Of a DNA stretch of 57,910 nucleotides, positions 50,401-57,910 are shown in pieces. Position 1 is the stretch's first letter. Every line of letters begins with the position of its first letter. The position numbers were made by a program, and so were the translations under genes. Origin of the DNA: Asterionella formosa (lineage: Eukaryota); assembly GCA_002256025.1 (NCBI GenBank), contig NKIB01013421.1, positions 1 through 57,910 of the forward strand, read 5' to 3'. Under the pieces are notes generated by a model that saw only the letters and a program-made list of their open reading frames with translations, searched no databases and was not told where the DNA came from.

Positions 50401-53400
50401 CGTCTTTCTCTTAACGATGTCGTCATTGATGTCCGTGTTACCGAAACTGCCGAGGGTGCTCTTCTAGCAACTTATGGTGGAGAAACCCATCGTATCTTTG
50501 GAATGACGGAACCGCTTGGTCTCCGTCTGGTTCTTGATGGTGTTACTGTACTCATGCCTACCATTTTTGATCCTTCCGAACTCCGTACCGATGTTACCGG
50601 AAAAGTTGTCCGTTATCTACAAGATAATGGAGCCGAGGTCGTGGCTGGAGAGCCATTCGTGGAAGTTGAAGCCATGAAGATGATCATGCCCATCAAGGCT
50701 AGTGAATCTGGAAAGATCAACCACAACCTTTCACCGGGATCCGTTATTTCTGCAGGAGATCTTCTCGCTTCTCTTGAGTTGAAAGATCCATCCAAAGTCA
50801 AAAAGATTTCAAACTTTGAAGGCATCCTCGATATTCCTATTGTACCTGTTGAGATCGATGCAAGCGATGCTATCTCGAACATTCTTGCCGGATTTAAGGG
50901 TGACGCCGAGGCTGCTGCCCAGGCTGCTCTTCGTGGCATTACTGACTCTGATCATGCCGCCTCTATCATATCGAAGACATTAAACGAATTTTACCGTATC
51001 GAGACGATTTTCGCTGGCAAGCTGAGGGATGATGTCGTGCGAGATTTGACTAAGAAGAATATTGATACTCTTGATGTTGTTATCGCCGAGAATCAAGCTC
51101 ACCAACAGTTGGCCACTCGTTCCAAACTCATTCTTGCCATGCTGCGTCAGATTGAAACATTTTCTGACCGCTTCGGAGTCTCCTCTATCCAAGAAGATTT
51201 GAAAACTGCTTTGAAGCAACTCGCTTCCTTACGAGAAAAGGTTTACGGAGAAATCGCACTTGCTGCCGACTACATAATTCGTCAATCCGAGGTTCCTTCT
51301 TTCTCAAGCCGCGTGGATGAGTTGCGTGCTGAACTTCTAGAATCTTCCACTGATTTAAATGCGCTCTCGAAATGTCCAACCCTTTCTGCTGGTGTTGATT
51401 TATTGACTGGCATGTTTGCTGACTCAGACCCCAATGTTCGCAGGGCAGCTCTCGAAGTGTATGTCCGACGAGTGTACCGTGCTCACCGAATCGAGGATCT
51501 TGAAATTGAAGAAGCCAATGGCCGCTTGACCTGCACCTGGTCATTCTCGTTCGCTGATGTACAAGTTTCAGAAAGTATCAGTCGTCGAGGAATGCTCAGT
51601 GTTGTGTCTTCCTTTGATAACTTGGGGTCTGAAATCACGTCGATTCTTGATGATTTTTCTAATAAGCTTGGTGACGAAGTCTCGTCTACGAATGGACCTG
51701 TCAACGCCCTTCACATTTCATGCTCCAGCCCAGGCTATTCTGGTGGAGTGGAAGTTCTCCAAAGCGCTATCGTTGCACAGGAGCGCAAGCTCAACATGCT
51801 AGGTGTGCGCACTGTCAACGTTCTTGTTCCGGTTGCAGAGAAGGACCCCGTGTATTATTCCTTCCCTCAGTGTGAAGGTTATACCGAAGATCCTCTCAGA
51901 CGTAACATGCGCCCTACCTTCCACCATATCCTTGAGTTGTCACGTCTTGCCAATAACTTCAAACTTGAGCGAATTCCTGCCATCGGAAGAAATGTTCAGG
52001 TTTACATTGGAACAGAGAAGAGCGTCAAGCCCATTCGTGGTGGTACTCCTCAAGTCGTCTTTGTTCGTGGAATTTCTCACACTCCCGGCTTACTCTCCAC
52101 AGCGGGATCCCGCCGCGCCTTACTTCAAGGTCTCGATGAACTAGAACGAGCTCAATCGAATTCTAAAGTTAGCACGCAATCGTCTACTCGGATTTTCCTC
52201 CATTCCTTGGCTGAACTTGAAGATACCACAGCTGAAGAAGTGGCAGCTCGATTCCAGAATACTATGGGCTTGCTGAAGAGTCAACTCGCCACTCGTCTCC
52301 TCAAGCTCAGTGTTGATGAAATTGAAGTCAAGGTTCGCATCTCCACTGTCGGCGAAGATGGAAAGCCAGTTGTCCAGTCTGTTCGTTTGATTGCTTCCTC
52401 TATGGAAGGGGAATGGCTGAAGAGTATTGCGTACGTCGAGAAGCCAGACCCTGTCACAGGAGTCACTCGTGAATATTGCACTGTTGGTGACAGCGTTGAT
52501 GGACCAATGTGCTTCCTCGATCCTTATGCAACATCCAATGTTATTCAGACCAAGCGAGGCATTGCCCGTCGTGTCGGATCCACTTATGCTTACGATTTCT
52601 TGGGCCTTATGGAGGTAGGAATGATTCGAGAATGGGACACATACATCAAATCTCTGGATGCCGACTCAGGTGTCGAGTTGCCTTCCAAAATTTTTTCGTC
52701 GCAAGAACTTTTCGAGCGCGATGATGGAGTTTTGACAACAGGAACTCGACCGATCGGCACAAATAAAGTCGGTATGGTGGCCTGGCATGTGACTATGAAG
52801 TCACCCGAATATCCCGACGGACGCGAGGTCGTCGTTATTGCTAACGATATCACAGTCCAGAGTGGATCCTTCGGTGTTGAGGAAGACGAACTTTTCTACA
52901 AGGCCTCTGTGTATGCCCGCGAGCGTAAACTTCCTCGTGTTTACATCTCCTGTAATGCTGGGGCGCGCATCGGCCTTGTCGATGCTCTCAAACCCAAGCT
53001 CAAAATCAAATTCTTGGACGAGCAAAATCCAAGCAAAGGGTTCGAGTATTTGTACCTTAGTGACGAAGACTACAAAGGTCTCGCGGAAGGAACTGTCATT
53101 GCACACAAGGTCAAGGAAGGATGGGCTCTTGACGATGTGATTGGAACGGAACATGGCATCGGAGTTGAAAACTTGCAAGGAAGTGGGAAGATTGCAGGCG
53201 AGACCTCCAAGGCATATGACGAAATCTTCACCCTTTCCTATGTCACTGGTCGAAGTGTTGGTATTGGTGCTTACTTGGTCCGCCTTGGACAACGTGTCAT
53301 TCAGATGCAACAGGGACCCATTATCCTCACTGGATATTCTGCTCTTAACAAACTGCTCGGCAGTGAAGTTTATACCTCCCAGGACCAACTTGGAGGACCA

Positions 53401-54669
53401 CAAATCATGATCCCCAACGGTGTCAGTCACGAGGTAGTTGAAAATGATCAAGATGGCGTTGCTTCAATTCTCAAGTGGCTCAGCTTCGTTCCAAAGAATA
53501 TTGGCGCTTTGCCTGCTAGCCGTGACTGTGCTGATCCTGTCTCACGTGATGTTGCTTGGCGTCCCACCCCTACCCCTTACGATCCCCGCCTCATGCTCGG
53601 TGGTACCTCTGATGCTGCTGGATTCTTCGATGTGGGTTCCTTTAAGGAATACCTCGCTGGCTGGGGCAAGAGTGTCATTGTCGGACGTGGACGCCTTGGT
53701 GGTATCCCTATGGGAGCAATTGCTGTCGAGACGCGCTTGGTTGATAAAATTGTTCCTGCTGATCCTGCAGATGCCAACTCCCGAGAGGCCATTCTCCCGC
53801 AGGCTGGCCAGGTCCTCTTTCCCGACTCGTCGTACAAGACTGCTCAGGCCATTAATGACTTCAAAAATGAAGGTCTTCCTATCATGATCTTCGCTAACTG
53901 GAGAGGATTTAGTGGAGGAAGCAGAGATATGGCTGGCGAGATTCTCAAATTTGGTGCCATGATTGTGGATGCGCTTCGCGATTATAAACATCCTGTCTAC
54001 ATCTACTTGCCTCCTCACGGCGAGCTTCGTGGTGGATCTTGGGTAGTTGTTGATCCTACTATCAATGAAGAAAAGATGGAGATGTATGCTGATCCCGATT
54101 CTCGTGGAGGTATCCTTGAACCTGCCGGAATTACTGAGGTAAAGTTCCGCCTCCCAGACCAGCTGAAAATCATGCACCGACTTGATTCTCAACTCCAGCT
54201 TCTTGATTCCGAGTTGGAAACAACAGACTTTGAAGATTCTCAGAAAGACATCAAGGAGCAAATCGCAGCTCGCGAAGAGTTTTTGAAACCTGTGTACCTC
54301 CAAGCTGCAACTGAATTTGCTGACCTCCACGACAAGACCGGCCGCATGAAAGCCAAGGGTGTCATCAAGTCCGCTGTTCCTTGGGCGCGATCTCGTGAAT
54401 TCTTTTACTACCGAGCCAAGCGTCGCATTGTCGAGGACGATATCATCGGCCAACTAAAGGCTGCAGATTCATCACTTGATCGGGTCAAGGCTCTAGAGAT
54501 GATCAAAACCATGTACAGTGGCGATTTTGAGGATAATCAAGCTGTTATTTCCTTTTACCAAGAGAATGCGGCTGACCTTGCTGATAAGGTTAAGTCTATC
54601 AAGGCTGCGTCTGTTCGGGCTCATATTGAATCGTTGCAGAAGGAGTTGGATGGACTCTCATTCATGTAG
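47482..54669 (+). CDS. ACC1: Plastid homomeric acetyl-CoA carboxylase (exon 1 47482-47560, intron 47561-48481, exon 2 48482-54669)
   Basis: Exon 1 encodes a signal peptide ending ASAF; phase-1 GT-AG intron with ACTAAC branch site; BC domain (ILIANNG, WPGWGHASEN, KASEGGGGKG), biotinylation site EAMKM, CT domain (ANWRGFSGG). Confidence 0.95.
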
Positions 54670-55126
54670 TCACATCAGGTACATCGGGCTTGAGCTAAGC
54701 TTAGGCACTTACCATCATATCAATCAATCAAAGTAGAATAAATATTTATATACCAGGATACCGGTAGTCAACATATTATGATAGGAGTATTACAGTTACC
54801 TGTTATCATTTGACAAACGACGATGCGATGACGAGAAGAAGTGTGAGATGGATGAATGATATACCGGTATACCCGGTATTTAGCACACCTGTGCATACAA
54901 CGGTATATAAATACCGCTTACCAGTAATAATACTTGACAGTGAAATAAAGGATAAGATATACGTAGATGGGTTTTGGTACCGGTAGTACAGGCGCGGCAT
55001 GAACATCATTCCCAGCATTATTCATAGAAAGCCGTGACATCTTTCACATTCCGAAGTCAAATAATTCAATCGAACCCTCCAACAATATCAGTTTATCGGA
55101 CAGCTGGTTTCTTCCCCCTGCTGGCG

Positions 55127-55954
55127 ATGTTTTCGATTACAATTCCAACCGCCTTTTCTTCACTCCGTTTCTTATTATTATTATCACCATTCCTTGCAGC
55201 AGCAGCAAGCGCCCTTGACGTGGCTCCTCGCGCATTCATTCAACTCTCAGGACAAGATCGGCTTCCAGCCGCATTCGTCGCCAGTTGGCCGACTTTTGTA
55301 TTGGAACAAGACTCCCTGATCAAGATTCCTGACACAAATGGCTTTGTCGAACCGACTTCCATTGATGAACTGTGGCATCCTGTTGATTTGATGTTCCCCA
55401 GCGCCACGTTGGCAGTCGGCTTGCATGTTCGACATGGAGTAATACGACACATTATGCCAGCGCTAGACCTATCCTTTGATGGGTTACACAGAAATCGAGG
55501 ATTGTGCTCTGTGCCAAGAGCACATACTTGGGTAGACTTTTCGGCTACTGCGTCATCATCATCATCGTGGCAGCAAAAATGGCAATTGATCGCATCGAAA
55601 CGAAAGCTGGGCGACGAAGAATGGGAAGAGGTTTGTTCGACCTACATCGGGGACATTGAAAGCGCGGTCCTACATATTGCTCGAATATCAGAATCTATAC
55701 ATGGTGATGGATCTCAAATCATTCATATCCCATTAGAGGAGCCTTTTGTGGGTCTCAAGACTGGAATAGAAGTTCGAGTGCATTTGATGAGCCCCGAACA
55801 CGAGGAACCATTGGCTGCACTGCAAGTGGTTGCTTCACCGACTGCGGCAGGATCTGAATCGGAATACCTACCAGACGCTTACAAACCACTCTTTGAAGAC
55901 ATGTCTCTCAGAAGGCACGCATATGAGGAAATGATGAAACGAAAGCGCAAATAA
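55127..55954 (+). CDS. Unknown protein with N-terminal signal peptide
   Basis: ATG at 55127, hydrophobic leader ending AAAASA, 275-aa globular-looking ORF; no family recognised. Confidence 0.7.
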   Translation: MFSITIPTAFSSLRFLLLLSPFLAAAASALDVAPRAFIQLSGQDRLPAAFVASWPTFVLEQDSLIKIPDTNGFVEPTSIDELWHPVDLMFPSATLAVGLHVRHGVIRHIMPALDLSFDGLHRNRGLCSVPRAHTWVDFSATASSSSSWQQKWQLIASKRKLGDEEWEEVCSTYIGDIESAVLHIARISESIHGDGSQIIHIPLEEPFVGLKTGIEVRVHLMSPEHEEPLAALQVVASPTAAGSESEYLPDAYKPLFEDMSLRRHAYEEMMKRKRK

Positions 55955-57688
55955 TTTTAAGAATATTTAGAATACCTGTATTAATTATCATGCCCAAGGG
56001 AAATGATACATTATTCGCATATCATTCAGTGAGCATCAAATACATGTCAAATTTTTCGTTAACAATCACATTGATGTCTCTCATTTCTTGATAATAAAAC
56101 ACTATGTTCAGGTCTGACCCGAGACACACCAGTGCAATTACAAACCTAAGTCCTAACAAACACTCTCCTTTTGTAAACAGTTGTTTTTGTTCGACACAGG
56201 CGAAGTGATGACATAAAATCAATGAAGAATCCTCAACATGTGGAGTTTTTCTCAATGGAGACTGGGGTCTAGAATGAGGGCAGTAATGCTCATTTGTTCT
56301 CCAAAGTGAGATCATACCTGTGTTAAAAAGTGAAGTTGCAACCCACTGCTGCACATTTCATTAAGATTCGTAATCAGTATTTATATTTGGTGAGCGATCA
56401 TTGTCATCATGAGGGAGAATTTTGAATTCTTCATTTGTTTTGTCATGAAGTACAATCAGCCATAGGGGTTTGCATATTTCCCCATTGATCCCCTTGCTAA
56501 CAATAAAAGAAGCACTTTCTTCTTCCCAGAATATATGTAGATCATGAAGGCTAGCCGGAATCGAACCATATAATATAATCATATGTACCCGTATGTAGTA
56601 TGCAGGGTAGAAGTTGACTTGTGCAGCGGACTACAAACCCTCAAACATTTGAATTTTCCGGGTTGTTTTAGCCTTTTTTCCTATAGGTAAAACTTCTTTG
56701 AGTTTCACCGAAATTTTAGTGAAACCTCTCAACAAATGCCTATAGTAATGTAAGTTACTCCTTGCTTATTTTGGAAAAGTCGGCCATTGAGGCACAATAT
56801 AGCACAAATAGACCACCAGCCACTAACAATGTTTTAGATCGACTGGCTGATCGGCAATAGTGGTGCTTTTGCTTGCGTTGGTGAACTAATCAACAGGTAT
56901 AATGATAACAAACTATAGGAATTAATGATTCGATACTATTTTATGTTTTGGGGCACTTTGACAATCTGATGGATCTGTAGGCCACGATTTGCATGCAATG
57001 GTATTTCCAAAAATGGTCTTTCAACAATCTATCTGCAAATCGCAATTTGCCACACCTACATGATTACACCTGTCCATTGAAAAACTACTACCCATTTGCT
57101 GCTTCCCCTCTCCCTCCTGGCTGGTGCTCAGTTGGTTGCAGCATTCCTTTAAATCTTCGCCAAATAATTCCTTGTCTGATTGCCAATCTCTGCCTTGAAG
57201 GATATTTCTTGGACTTTCATTACGCCATTTATCTTCCAAATCAACAACGCATTCCTCGTATCATCGTTATACTAGCTGCATCCACAGCCGAGAAAAAGGA
57301 GGTACAAAAATGGAAAACTGGAGTTAGATTCTGGTTGACAAAGATGTGCTTCAATATCCAATCTGCTGTTCATCACTTGCTATTTTATTGGGCACCTCAG
57401 TTTGTTTGCCAGCCACATGAGGGACGATTGGAAAAATTCCCTCACCTCCAAGCTGCTAGTACCTAAACCCAACAATCAAGTGGTCTGATATTTTGAGACA
57501 TCAAACAATACAAATGATATTACAGCAAGGTTCTTGACAAGAAGGACAACAATGGCAATGATTCAGGTGATGTGTGACAATGGAATTTATTTATGGTGCA
57601 TGATCTTGCATTGTTCCCTGTGCATATGTAGCAACTAGCTTTACCATCATGTTGTTCTCAGAGGGAGGACTACTAGTAGCTACTAGCT

Positions 57689-57910
57689 ACATCTAAGCCG
57701 CGAAATACGCCACTTTTCGAAATTTCGTCTACGTATGAGTGTTAATTATGTGGTACTTCACATGCATTAATGCCACTCTTCACGTAAAAAAGATTACTTT
57801 TAACGGTTTCATGTGAAGTTTTAACTGTTTCATGTGAAGTTTTCACAATGAATTTTGAACGCGAGACTGAATTAGTTGATGTTTCAAATAATTCATTTGA
57901 CTTTTCGAAA
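57689..57910. mobile_element. End of a probable TIR DNA transposon running off the window
   Basis: Inverted copy of 1..137; begins ta|catctaagccg; subterminal tandem tttaac.gtttcatgtgaagtttt x2 (~57800-57843). Confidence 0.7.

Noticed and set aside
52801..54453. Long antisense ORFs (216 and 303 aa) over ACCase
   Set aside because: Typical shadow ORFs from codon bias of a highly expressed gene; no recognisable motifs
24612..54669. Plastid lipid/isoprenoid gene cluster (prenyl synthase, PGL, ACCase)
   Set aside because: Genes are far apart, interleaved with unrelated genes, and plastid-targeted genes are common in diatoms
56000..57680. ORFs 56993..57466 (+) and 57021..57239 (-)
   Set aside because: CpG-poor, stop-riddled, no motif recognised; cannot support a gene call

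Overview
Eukaryotic nuclear DNA, almost certainly from a diatom. The basis is frustulin-type Cys-rich domains, several bipartite 'ASAFAP'-type plastid-targeting presequences, short GT-AG introns and a homomeric plastid ACCase. About 17 protein genes are supportable: a Reeler-domain surface protein, three J-domain proteins (two with an altered HPD), a tandem pair of class II HDACs, a plastid solanesyl/polyprenyl-PP synthase, a plastid Zn-ribbon membrane protein, SEL1L/Hrd3, plastid 6-phosphogluconolactonase, a tandem pair of ricin-like+frustulin proteins, APRT, plastid ACCase with a 921-bp first intron, and three unknowns. Between the genes lie AT-rich, visibly CpG-poor transposon relics, including a TIR/TSD-bounded pogo-type DDE_1 element and a Harbinger remnant. 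The two window ends are a perfect 137-bp inverted repeat. The most striking unexplained signal is the saturation of gene-flanking DNA with TA-punctuated palindromic modules (TA-CCGG-TA, TA-CCWGG-TA, TA-CTAG-TA). Their inner bases match the termini of the TA-targeting transposons seen here, which suggests stacked excision footprints (hypothesis). All family calls come from motif recognition by eye, not database searches.
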